Positions 56,821 through 63,828 of a DNA stretch of 64,000 nt are shown here, one piece after another; position 1 is the first letter of the stretch; every line of letters begins with the position of its first letter. The translations under genes and the position numbers were made by a program. This DNA comes from an uncultured Faecalibacterium sp. (lineage in GTDB: Bacteria; Bacillota; Clostridia; Oscillospirales; Acutalibacteraceae). The stretch covers positions 9,791 through 73,790 of the forward strand of contig CAZDEL010000005.1 of NCBI GenBank assembly GCA_964504475.1. Direction: 5' to 3'. Below the pieces are notes generated by a model. It worked only from the letters and a program-made list of their open reading frames with translations, was not told where the DNA came from and did no database searches.

Positions 56821-56849
56821 TTGCATTTAAGTATAAGGTATGGTATAAT
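56821..56849 (+). promoter_or_regulatory. Sigma-A-type promoter (extended -10) of the orphan 333-aa gene
   Basis: TTGCAT, 17-nt spacer ending in TGG, TATAAT. The track start 56852 lies 3 nt after the -10, so it cannot be translated from this promoter. Confidence 0.45.
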
Positions 56850-56914
56850 CGATGCAGTTTTGTGTTCGCGAAAATTACAAGTTATGTTGCGAAATAAACC
56901 AAAGGAGAAAAGTT

Positions 56915-57916
56915 ATGTCAGAAAAAAAGTTTAATTTTAAATCAGCTGTTCAAGTTGCAGGAAAAAATGCATCTGATTTTTTTGGTAAAACAAAGGATAA
57001 TATTGTGCGTTCAACAGATCAAAACGATGACGGCAAATTTGACAAAGAAGATATTTCCGTGATTGTTAATTCCGTGAGTGACTCTGTAAAGAGTAGCGCA
57101 CAAGCTTTAAAAGATAGTGCTGAAGAAAAATCCCGTCAGCTTGAATTAAAGCGTTTACAGCCTATATTTTCAGAAATACTTGATACTGCTGACTTTTGTT
57201 TGTCAAAATTTATCAGAGTAACGCAACGAGATAAGAAACATTCTACAAGTGAGGTTTGTCAAGGCTCTATAGGATATTTTTCTACTTACAAAGATTTTAA
57301 AATGGTCAATATTTTCAGTGACAGTATAGAACATTTTGCGTTATCATTCTATCCGGATAAAGGAAGCGAGTTTTATTATGTAGACCCTACAAATAAAGAT
57401 CGATATATAGCTCTAGATGAATACTTTGGATATCTTAAAGAAGAGCGAATCAACGAATTGCAAATGATAGCCCAATCGCTTGGAGCTAAACATTTCAAGG
57501 TTACATATAAAGAAGAAAAATCTGCTTCCACGCAAAAGAAATTAAAAGGCAATGTGAGTAGCAAAGGACTTGCAAGTGTTGAAGCTGAACATTCATATTC
57601 AGAGGAAAGATATTCAACATTTGAAATAGCAGCTGAAAGCGATTATCCGGGTCACAAACCTATTATGCCTCAACTCAAATATATGCAGAAAGATCCAAGC
57701 ATAAATACTTTGGTTGCCATGAGAATGGATGAAACTTCTCCGTTATCTCATCAAAAATTTATGCTTAAAATGAGTAATTCTTCCGGTATTAAAGAAAGTG
57801 ACGCAATTAAAATCGATGCGGTACTTAAAGGCTTAAAAGTAACCGGAAAAGCTAGTGTAGTCAGCGAAGCAAAAAATGAATCAAGAAGATATCTGGAATA
57901 TGAAATAGATTTTTAA
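56915..57916 (+). CDS. Hypothetical protein (333 aa) with an EF-hand-like loop
   Basis: AAAGGAG RBS and ATG 56915. DQNDDGKFDKED (57017-57052) matches the 12-residue EF-hand Ca-binding loop pattern. No other domain recognised. Confidence 0.5.
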   Translation: MSEKKFNFKSAVQVAGKNASDFFGKTKDNIVRSTDQNDDGKFDKEDISVIVNSVSDSVKSSAQALKDSAEEKSRQLELKRLQPIFSEILDTADFCLSKFIRVTQRDKKHSTSEVCQGSIGYFSTYKDFKMVNIFSDSIEHFALSFYPDKGSEFYYVDPTNKDRYIALDEYFGYLKEERINELQMIAQSLGAKHFKVTYKEEKSASTQKKLKGNVSSKGLASVEAEHSYSEERYSTFEIAAESDYPGHKPIMPQLKYMQKDPSINTLVAMRMDETSPLSHQKFMLKMSNSSGIKESDAIKIDAVLKGLKVTGKASVVSEAKNESRRYLEYEIDF

Positions 57917-57936
57917 CTTTATATATTAAATAAAAT

Positions 57937-57983
57937 AACTCCTTAATTGTGTACATAAGCTACAATGATTAAGGAGTTTTTGT
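57937..57983 (+). terminator. Rho-independent terminator
   Basis: AACTCCTTAAT-20 nt-ATTAAGGAGTT followed by TTTGTT. Confidence 0.6.
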
Positions 57984-58068
57984 TGTAAGGCACAAATGCG
58001 ATTATTCATTTGACGGATTGTGCGTTGCTGCTACAAAAACAAAAACAGCAACCTAAGTTGCTGTCTCT

Positions 58069-58248
58069 TGGTGCGAGAGACGGGACCCCCACCGTACGAG
58101 CTGCCCCACACGCCCCTCAAACGTGCTACTCTTGCGGTTCCCAAAATTTCTTTGTGCCTTGGGGCGGCACAGAAATTTTGACCGCTGCGCCATTTCGCAC
58201 TCCCTTTATCCGCCACAGGCGGCGGTCGTGCTCAATGCTGCCGATTCC
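58069..58248 (-). pseudogene. tRNA-Leu-derived element: 3' two-thirds of the tRNA with an altered T-loop and a 111-nt structured insert
   Basis: Retains the CCA end, 3' acceptor strand, variable arm, anticodon stem-loop (GAG) and 11 nt of D-loop. The 5' acceptor strand and D-stem are absent. The T-loop TTCAAGT is replaced. A 111-nt GC-rich insert (58127-58237) replaces 4 nt of the D-stem. Has its own copy of the terminator (58033-58066). Confidence 0.6.
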
Positions 58249-58249
58249 T

Positions 58250-58281
58250 ACAAAAAACAAAAACAGCAACCTAAGTTGCTG
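58250..58281 (-). terminator. Rho-independent terminator of tRNA-Leu
   Basis: Minus strand: CAGCAAC-TTAG-GTTGCTG followed by TTTTTGTTTTTT. Confidence 0.65.
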
Positions 58282-58286
58282 TCTCT

Positions 58287-58371
58287 TGGTGCGAGAGACG
58301 GGACTTGAACCCGTACGAGCTGCCCCACACGCCCCTCAAACGTGCGCGTCTGCCGATTCCGCCACTCTCGC
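58287..58371 (-). tRNA. tRNA-Leu (anticodon GAG), type II with a long variable arm, CCA encoded
   Basis: Minus strand: GCGAGAG-TG-GCG-GAATCGGCAGA-CGC-G-CACGT-TTGAGGG-GCGTG-TGGGGCAGCTCGT-ACGGG-TTCAAGT-CCCGT-CTCTCGC-ACCA. Cloverleaf folded by eye and collinear with known bacterial tRNA-Leu. Confidence 0.85.
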
Positions 58372-58402
58372 ATATTTACTTCACTCTTTCGAGTGCTCGT
58401 AT

Positions 58403-58431
58403 ACTATACCATTTTTTAAATTGATTGTCAA
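58403..58431 (-). promoter_or_regulatory. Sigma-A-type promoter (extended -10) of tRNA-Leu
   Basis: Minus strand: TTGACA, 17-nt spacer ending in TGG, TATAGT. About 30 nt upstream of the mature 5' end. Confidence 0.5.
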
Positions 58432-58588
58432 GAGTTTTTTTGAAGTTTTTTGAAATTCTTGACCGGTATTGACGAATTTATGGTAGTTTGACGAATCTCA
58501 AGATAATATTTGTTGTATACGCTTTTGCTTTTCAAAAAATTAATATCACAAATAACCCATTATTAAAGTTTGTTTTTAAGAATGGGTT

Positions 58589-58966
58589 TTATGCTAAGTG
58601 TTCTTTTATCCAAAAGAGTATTCTTTCATAACCGATTTTGCCAGCTGCAACTGAAAGTGAAAGGGAAATTAGTTCCGATTGTGTATACTGGATTTTAATA
58701 TTATTAAGTTGTAAAGTCATTAACATAGTAAATACGCCAATTCGTTTGTTGCCATCTACAAAAGCATGATTATTTGTAAGACTAAACATCAATCTTGCTG
58801 CCTTTTCCTCAATAGAAGGGTATACTTCATTATCTCCAAAGCTTGACATAGCACTATAGATTGCAGATTCTAATAAGTTTTTGTCTCGAATCCCATAACT
58901 TCCACCTGTTCTCTGGATTAGCTTATCATGAAGAATTATTATTTCATCAACCGTCAAAAGTATCAT
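58589..58966 (-). CDS. doc: Doc (death-on-curing) Fic-fold toxin
   Basis: Fic/Doc motif HAFVDGNKRIG. 125 aa. The start overlaps the antitoxin stop (ATGA). Confidence 0.85.
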   Translation of the reverse strand: MILLTVDEIIILHDKLIQRTGGSYGIRDKNLLESAIYSAMSSFGDNEVYPSIEEKAARLMFSLTNNHAFVDGNKRIGVFTMLMTLQLNNIKIQYTQSELISLSLSVAAGKIGYERILFWIKEHLA

Positions 58967-59217
58967 TATTTAGCCAACTCCACCAACGCTTCTAAATTTT
59001 CATCAATAAGCTTATCTGCTGTGCTGTCAATTTTTGCTTTGCGCATTTGCATCGCAGCTGAAATCATGTCATATTCATCAAAATCTACAATGACATATTT
59101 CGGCTTGTTGTTCTTTAAAATAACTGCTAAACCACTTTTGTCAACAGTGTGAACAACCTTTGAGAAGTTTTGATTTGCCTCAGTCATAGAAATCAAATAA
59201 TCGGTATTAACCATCAT
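58966..59217 (-). CDS. phd: Phd/YefM-family antitoxin
   Basis: MMVNTDYLISMTEANQNFSKVVHTV...NKPKYVIVDFDEY pattern. GAGGTGA RBS before ATG 59217. The longer track start is inside the promoter. Confidence 0.75.
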   Translation of the reverse strand: MMVNTDYLISMTEANQNFSKVVHTVDKSGLAVILKNNKPKYVIVDFDEYDMISAAMQMRKAKIDSTADKLIDENLEALVELAK

Positions 59218-59236
59218 TTTTATCACCTCTACTGTT

Positions 59237-59265
59237 ATTATACTCAAAATATAGGACAAATGCAA
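59237..59265 (-). promoter_or_regulatory. Sigma-A-type promoter of phd-doc
   Basis: Minus strand: TTGCAT, 17-nt spacer, TATAAT. The ATG of the 99-aa track ORF is part of the -35 hexamer. Confidence 0.5.
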
Positions 59266-59399
59266 CCTATTTTTAAAATTTGTAGATATTTACATTATAA
59301 GATTTAGCTGTTAGTATTAAAATATCAATTCCCCGACATATCGCCGGGGAATCACTCACTTTATCCGCCTTACTCAATCGGGTACAAAGCCACTAACCA

Positions 59400-61415
59400 T
59401 CAGCTCTTTAACTCTCCTTGCTTTGTACCGTCAACCAGGCTATATTTTATAACTAAATTATCACTAACAGTGAAAAAGCTACTGTCAATATATGCTCCTC
59501 TAATAAAGGATAAATCAGCATAAACATCATTTACCGGGTGGTCAAACTTATACTTTAATGTGACCTTATTATCCTTGAGGCTTATTATATAGCAGCCGTA
59601 GCCCACTAAACCATAAGGGCCGAATTTTTCAACGGGGAGGGCAATATAATTTTCCTGCACATTATAAACAAATGCCTTAGGGTCATCTGTAACACAGCAG
59701 GTGGTTTTGTTGTCTGTAAATGTGCTTATTTCCTTTGGATTTGACATATCACTCACATCAAATAAAGAGACCTTCATTGAGGTGAAATCTGCACTCTCAT
59801 CATTGCCGTTATAGCCTATGCCAAGGATAATATTTTCGCTTATTGGGTGAAGATATCCACTGTAGCCGGGAAGCTTAATTTCGCCTATAATTTTTGGCTT
59901 AGTGGGGTCTTTTAGGTCGATTGCAAATAATGGGTCAGTGTTTTTATATGTGACTATATAAGCCTTGTCGCCCATATAGCGGACACTTTGAATTATCTCG
60001 TTGTCAGCTATGTTTTCCAATTTGCCTATGACCTTCAGCTCATTGTCAAGAATGTAAAGAGAGCACAGGTCTTTTTGACTTTTGTTGTCATAGGAATTTA
60101 CGGCAATTCTAAAGGTGCCATTATATTCGTCCATGTTATATTGTTCCGGCGCAAAGCCTTTTACCTCACCTTGAGCTTTTAAGGCTATTTTTGTGCCGTC
60201 AAGTGAAAAAGCATTTATAAAGCAAAGGCTGTCGTCACTGTCTTTTGACTTTTTGCTGCCAACAACATAAAATGTGCTTTCTGAGCAATACACATTATAG
60301 CCGTCGCCAAGGATTGCAAGAGTGGATACATCACTGTCAATGTCACTTGTGTCATATGCGCTAAGGCAAATATAGCTAAGTGTGCCCTCGTCCGTAATAT
60401 ATATACAATCATAAGCAAAGTCGTGGCCGTTTATTTTGGGTACACTGTTTTCCTTAGCATCTTTCTCGTCTTCGCCAAAAACATAATATTCAGTGGCAAC
60501 ATAAAGAACACCGTCTGACATACGAGAGGATATATAATCACCGTCCTGCACAGCCCTGCGAAGCACCTTAGGATCACTTTTGTCTGTTACATCTACTACT
60601 AAGGTAATAGTTTTAGCACCCTCACTTCCTACAGCTCTTGCAACACAGCAGCCGTAGTAATTGTCACCATAGGTTGCAACGACAATAAGCTTATCTCCAA
60701 TGAGATATAATTCACGAAGCGTAATTGTTTCCTCATTGTCATTGTAAAAATAAGTATCACAGACAAGTGTCATAGTACCGGTGTCAATAATTTTAAGCTT
60801 GTATTCGCTGTTTTTTCTGTTAAAGCTTATAACATAAAGATATCTGCCGTCGTTTTTAATTATGTCGCCTTCATCAATGCCTAAGGTTTGTGCATTAGTC
60901 TGGCTAAAGCCTAAGCCTTTAAAGGCTTGGGAGAGCGCATCTGATGAAGCACCATTATAATTGTCACCATAAATAAAATCAAAGCCTTTGTTATAGACAT
61001 CGTAATACTCAGCATTGTCATTGTAATTTTTTAATATGATTTTCTCTATTTCTTCACGGCTTTGAGCTTTTTTTAGACTTCCCACTGCTTTGTCTGCTGA
61101 GGACGCGTTGACACCTGCTGCGGTGGTAGTGCTTTCTCCCGCCGAGGTAAGTGAACCGGTGGTATCAGGCTCATTTAATATGATTTTGCCATTTGAAAGT
61201 AAAACCACCGAGAGTACACTAATAAGCACAATAGCGAAAATTGCTGCAACAGAGCCAATTCTTTTAAAGGTTATTTTGGTTGTCTTTTCCTGTGAAGTGC
61301 CCTTTAGCATTGAGACAACATTTTCTTTTTTTAATTTGTCAGGCAATTCGGGGCAATTGTTAAATTTTGAGCTTATTTCACTGTAAAGCATATCCTTATC
61401 ATTCATTTTTGTCAC
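59400..61415 (-). CDS. Single-pass membrane protein with an extracytoplasmic beta-propeller domain (putative anti-sigma factor)
   Basis: A 50-aa cytoplasmic N-terminus, a TM helix (IGSVAAIFAIVLISVLSVVLLS), then motifs typical of the Beta_propel/COG4880 family (GDIIKNDGRYLYVIS; VRYMGDKAYIVTYKNTDPLFAIDLKDPTKPKIIGEIKLPGYSGYLHP). Starts 3 nt after the sigma-factor gene. Confidence 0.65.
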   Translation of the reverse strand: MTKMNDKDMLYSEISSKFNNCPELPDKLKKENVVSMLKGTSQEKTTKITFKRIGSVAAIFAIVLISVLSVVLLSNGKIILNEPDTTGSLTSAGESTTTAAGVNASSADKAVGSLKKAQSREEIEKIILKNYNDNAEYYDVYNKGFDFIYGDNYNGASSDALSQAFKGLGFSQTNAQTLGIDEGDIIKNDGRYLYVISFNRKNSEYKLKIIDTGTMTLVCDTYFYNDNEETITLRELYLIGDKLIVVATYGDNYYGCCVARAVGSEGAKTITLVVDVTDKSDPKVLRRAVQDGDYISSRMSDGVLYVATEYYVFGEDEKDAKENSVPKINGHDFAYDCIYITDEGTLSYICLSAYDTSDIDSDVSTLAILGDGYNVYCSESTFYVVGSKKSKDSDDSLCFINAFSLDGTKIALKAQGEVKGFAPEQYNMDEYNGTFRIAVNSYDNKSQKDLCSLYILDNELKVIGKLENIADNEIIQSVRYMGDKAYIVTYKNTDPLFAIDLKDPTKPKIIGEIKLPGYSGYLHPISENIILGIGYNGNDESADFTSMKVSLFDVSDMSNPKEISTFTDNKTTCCVTDDPKAFVYNVQENYIALPVEKFGPYGLVGYGCYIISLKDNKVTLKYKFDHPVNDVYADLSFIRGAYIDSSFFTVSDNLVIKYSLVDGTKQGELKS

Positions 61416-61418
61416 CTC

Positions 61419-61946
61419 TTAAATCTCTAAATATTTACGCAGCTTTTCATTTGTACGCATGACCTTTGAGCGCACAGTGGAGTCGCTAAGCTTCATAATT
61501 TTGCCTATTTCCTTACTGGAATAGCCTGCACAATAATAAAGGATAATTATTTCTCTTTCCTCGTCACTTAGTCGTGAAAGTGCATTTTTAAGGCTGATTA
61601 TTTCACTTTCGTCTCTCTCGTTTGCCCTAAGCTCAATTAAGGATGAGTATTCCACATTCCCCATATTGACTATTTTTTCCCTGAGAAGCTTATTGCAGCA
61701 GTTATGTAATATCTTAAATAGCCATGACTTAAAGCTGTCATTTCTTTTAAGTGAGCTGATTTTTTCATAGGCTATTATTACACACTCACTTACAGCATCC
61801 TGGGCATATTGCTCCGAGCCTAAATAGTAATAGGCAAATCTGTACATATCCTTAGCGTATAACTCATATAGCTCGCCAAAGGAGTCGGCATTGCCATTTT
61901 TGGCAGCCTTGACCAGATCGGTAATTTTTGAGCTCATATTTATCAC
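61419..61946 (-). CDS. ECF-type sigma-70 family RNA polymerase sigma factor
   Basis: Region 2 (FGELYELYAKDMYRFAYYYLG..DAVSECVIIAY) and region 4 HTH (LSDEEREIIILYYCAGYSSKEIGKIMKLSDSTVRSKVMR). Confidence 0.8.
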   Translation of the reverse strand: MINMSSKITDLVKAAKNGNADSFGELYELYAKDMYRFAYYYLGSEQYAQDAVSECVIIAYEKISSLKRNDSFKSWLFKILHNCCNKLLREKIVNMGNVEYSSLIELRANERDESEIISLKNALSRLSDEEREIIILYYCAGYSSKEIGKIMKLSDSTVRSKVMRTNEKLRKYLEI

Positions 61947-62094
61947 ATCCGTTCACTCCATTAGATGAAAATAATAAGAGGTTTGTTGCATTAATTTTAC
62001 AATAATTTTTATTAAGTTACAATGGGTAACGTTTAGAAGAAGCTATTTAGGTTAATAATCAAGGTAAATCAAAACTGAGAAAGGTGATATAAAA

Positions 62095-62247
62095 ATGGAT
62101 AAAGAGAAAAACCAAAAGCAAAAAAAGACAGTGAAATCCGTCAAGGCAACAGGGGAGAAGGCTATTAAATCCGATGTTCAAGGCTCATATACCGGTGTGC
62201 CTGAAGACCCCCATGAAATGCCTGTGCAGGATGTAGATGACCTTTAA
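62095..62247 (+). CDS. Small hypothetical protein (50 aa), basic N-terminus and acidic C-terminus
   Basis: Not in the ORF track. AAAGGTGAT RBS. MDKEKNQKQKKTVKSVKATGEKAIKSDVQGSYTGVPEDPHEMPVQDVDDL. Convergent with comEC. Confidence 0.35.
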   Translation: MDKEKNQKQKKTVKSVKATGEKAIKSDVQGSYTGVPEDPHEMPVQDVDDL

Positions 62248-62301
62248 TAAGGATAAATTGAGCGTGGAATTACCTAAAAAGTGTAATTTCACGCCCGAAG
62301 C

Positions 62302-63828
62302 TTAATATTTATTTCGTCTTCTTTTATTAATAAGCTTTTGAAATAAATAACCAAAAGCAATAATTAAAACACATAAAACAAAGACAACTAAAACACCTTC
62401 ACGGCTTTTAATTTCCACTATGTACCATTGGCTTTCCGATAGCTTTTTAGCTATGAAAACGCAAAGTTCGGTTAAAGCTTCAATTATGTCGGCTAAAGGC
62501 TTTGGCATAAAGCCTAAGCTGCTCAAAAGAGAAGCAATGGCAGAGGCAGTAATAAGCATTGGCGACAAGGGAAGAAAAGCGAGGTTTGCAATCGGTGACA
62601 TAAGAGAAAAATTGCCAAAGGCATCGACTAAAATCGGCACAGTGAAAACCATGATGCTCACACTTGTCACAAGGGAAAAGACCACGGTCTTTAATAGGGA
62701 AAACAGGCGGACGCTTTTTACCCTCATTATATCTCCCAAGCGCGTACTGATAATCTCACTCATAGGCAGCGACACTGTTAATATTGACAGCGTTGACAGT
62801 ACGGACAGAAGAAAGCCTATGCTTTTACACGAGAAGGGATTAAGACTTAAAACAACTATCATCGCAAGACCTAATGAATTAAGGCTATCATTTTTCCTGT
62901 TAATGCTGTCGCCTGTCAGGTGCATTAGACGCATAATGCCGGCTCTCATGACCGAGGGGCTAAAATCCGCTAAGAACATAATAAAAAATATAAATATGGC
63001 AATAAAGGTGTTCCTCAGCTTTTTGTGGCGAAGCTTTTTCGTTAAAAGCTCCACGAGCATAGTCAATATAGATAGGTGCATACCGGACACCGCCATGAGG
63101 TGGGCAATGCCTATAAGCTTAAAGTAGTCGTAAATATCATCATTTAGGTTGTCTTTATTTCCCGTTATGAGGGCTAAGAGCACACCGGCTGTGTCATCAC
63201 TAAAATATTTTCTAAGGCACATAGATATTTTATTTCTCATATCATTTCCCAGCTTTGTCAGAGGTCTTGTACCCTGCCGAGTAACGGTAAGCTTTTCGAT
63301 ATTATTAGCTCCCGTATAGATTTTTTGGCTCTTAAAATAATCCGCTATGCTCTTGTTGTCACTGCCAACCTTATATAGCTGACCCTCAAAGCTTATAACA
63401 TTGCCAATAACAAAGCAGGATAAATCTATATCCTCATATGCCGTGCTAAAGGATAAGCGTATGTTGCCCTTGCACTTTGCATCGTTTAATGACACGAGCT
63501 CACATTTACAATAATATCTGCCATATTCCTCATAATACTTTGGCTCTTGCTTTACTACGGCGACAATTTGCTTTTTAAGTCCGGTGGAGTTCCTTAAAAC
63601 GAGATAGTTACTTTGTGAAATAAAAAATAAAAGTGAAGAAATGCACACACTAAGACACACCGCAGGCACAAAAAGACTTTTGCGTAAGGGCTTAATGAGG
63701 ATTCCTACACAGAAAAATATATATGAAATTATACAGAGAAGCAAAGGAAAAGCTTGTGAGTCAATATATGTTAAGACGGTAAGGCATATAAGAAAGGTGC
63801 AGCCGACGGTAAAAAGAGGTCTTTTCAT
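62302..63828 (-). CDS. comEC: ComEC/Rec2-family DNA-uptake channel protein without a metallo-beta-lactamase domain
   Basis: N-terminal TM helices plus an OB-like region, then the competence domain (LIGIAHLMAVSGMHLSIL). The ORF ends at 508 aa, directly after the membrane domain. Confidence 0.75.
   Translation of the reverse strand: MKRPLFTVGCTFLICLTVLTYIDSQAFPLLLCIISYIFFCVGILIKPLRKSLFVPAVCLSVCISSLLFFISQSNYLVLRNSTGLKKQIVAVVKQEPKYYEEYGRYYCKCELVSLNDAKCKGNIRLSFSTAYEDIDLSCFVIGNVISFEGQLYKVGSDNKSIADYFKSQKIYTGANNIEKLTVTRQGTRPLTKLGNDMRNKISMCLRKYFSDDTAGVLLALITGNKDNLNDDIYDYFKLIGIAHLMAVSGMHLSILTMLVELLTKKLRHKKLRNTFIAIFIFFIMFLADFSPSVMRAGIMRLMHLTGDSINRKNDSLNSLGLAMIVVLSLNPFSCKSIGFLLSVLSTLSILTVSLPMSEIISTRLGDIMRVKSVRLFSLLKTVVFSLVTSVSIMVFTVPILVDAFGNFSLMSPIANLAFLPLSPMLITASAIASLLSSLGFMPKPLADIIEALTELCVFIAKKLSESQWYIVEIKSREGVLVVFVLCVLIIAFGYLFQKLINKRRRNKY

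Larger units (their letters stand above)
58031..58345 (-). repeat. Direct repeat (period 217 nt) of the tRNA-Leu 3' part plus its terminator
   Basis: Unit A (58031-58126, 96 nt) and unit B (58248-58345, 98 nt) differ in only two places: one extra A in the poly-A tract, and one block (ccccacc versus ttgaaccc) at the T-loop. Confidence 0.85.

Noticed and set aside
58127-58237. Group I intron in tRNA-Leu.
   Set aside because: Bacterial tRNA-Leu group I introns sit in the anticodon loop and are over 200 nt long. This insert is 111 nt and lies in the D-stem of a copy that also lacks its 5' acceptor strand. It cannot yield a functional tRNA by splicing.
58010-58453. 147-aa plus-strand ORF, together with the overlapping 61-aa ORFs at 58031-58216 (minus) and 58123-58308 (plus).
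   Set aside because: They run straight through tRNA-Leu, its partial duplicate and two terminators. They have no RBS. The repeated protein segments simply mirror the DNA repeat. Treated as artefacts of GC-rich RNA-gene sequence.
58458-58496. Three TTGAC-type boxes (TTGACC, then TTGACGAAT twice), the last two 19 nt apart, upstream of the tRNA promoter.
   Set aside because: No properly spaced -10 and no plus-strand gene downstream (doc is convergent). Possibly an operator or UP-like element for the tRNA promoter, but the repeats are too short to separate from chance in this AT-rich spacer.
54741-59399. Calling the tRNA-Leu islet an integrative mobile element or prophage remnant.
   Set aside because: No integrase, recombinase, transposase or phage structural gene is in or beside it. 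The duplicated tRNA segments are only 217 nt apart and include the terminator, which fits a local tandem duplication at least as well as att sites.
62420-63127. 235-aa plus-strand ORF.
   Set aside because: It is entirely antisense to comEC, has no RBS, and has the Lys/Ile/Ser-rich composition typical of the reverse frame of a membrane-protein gene.
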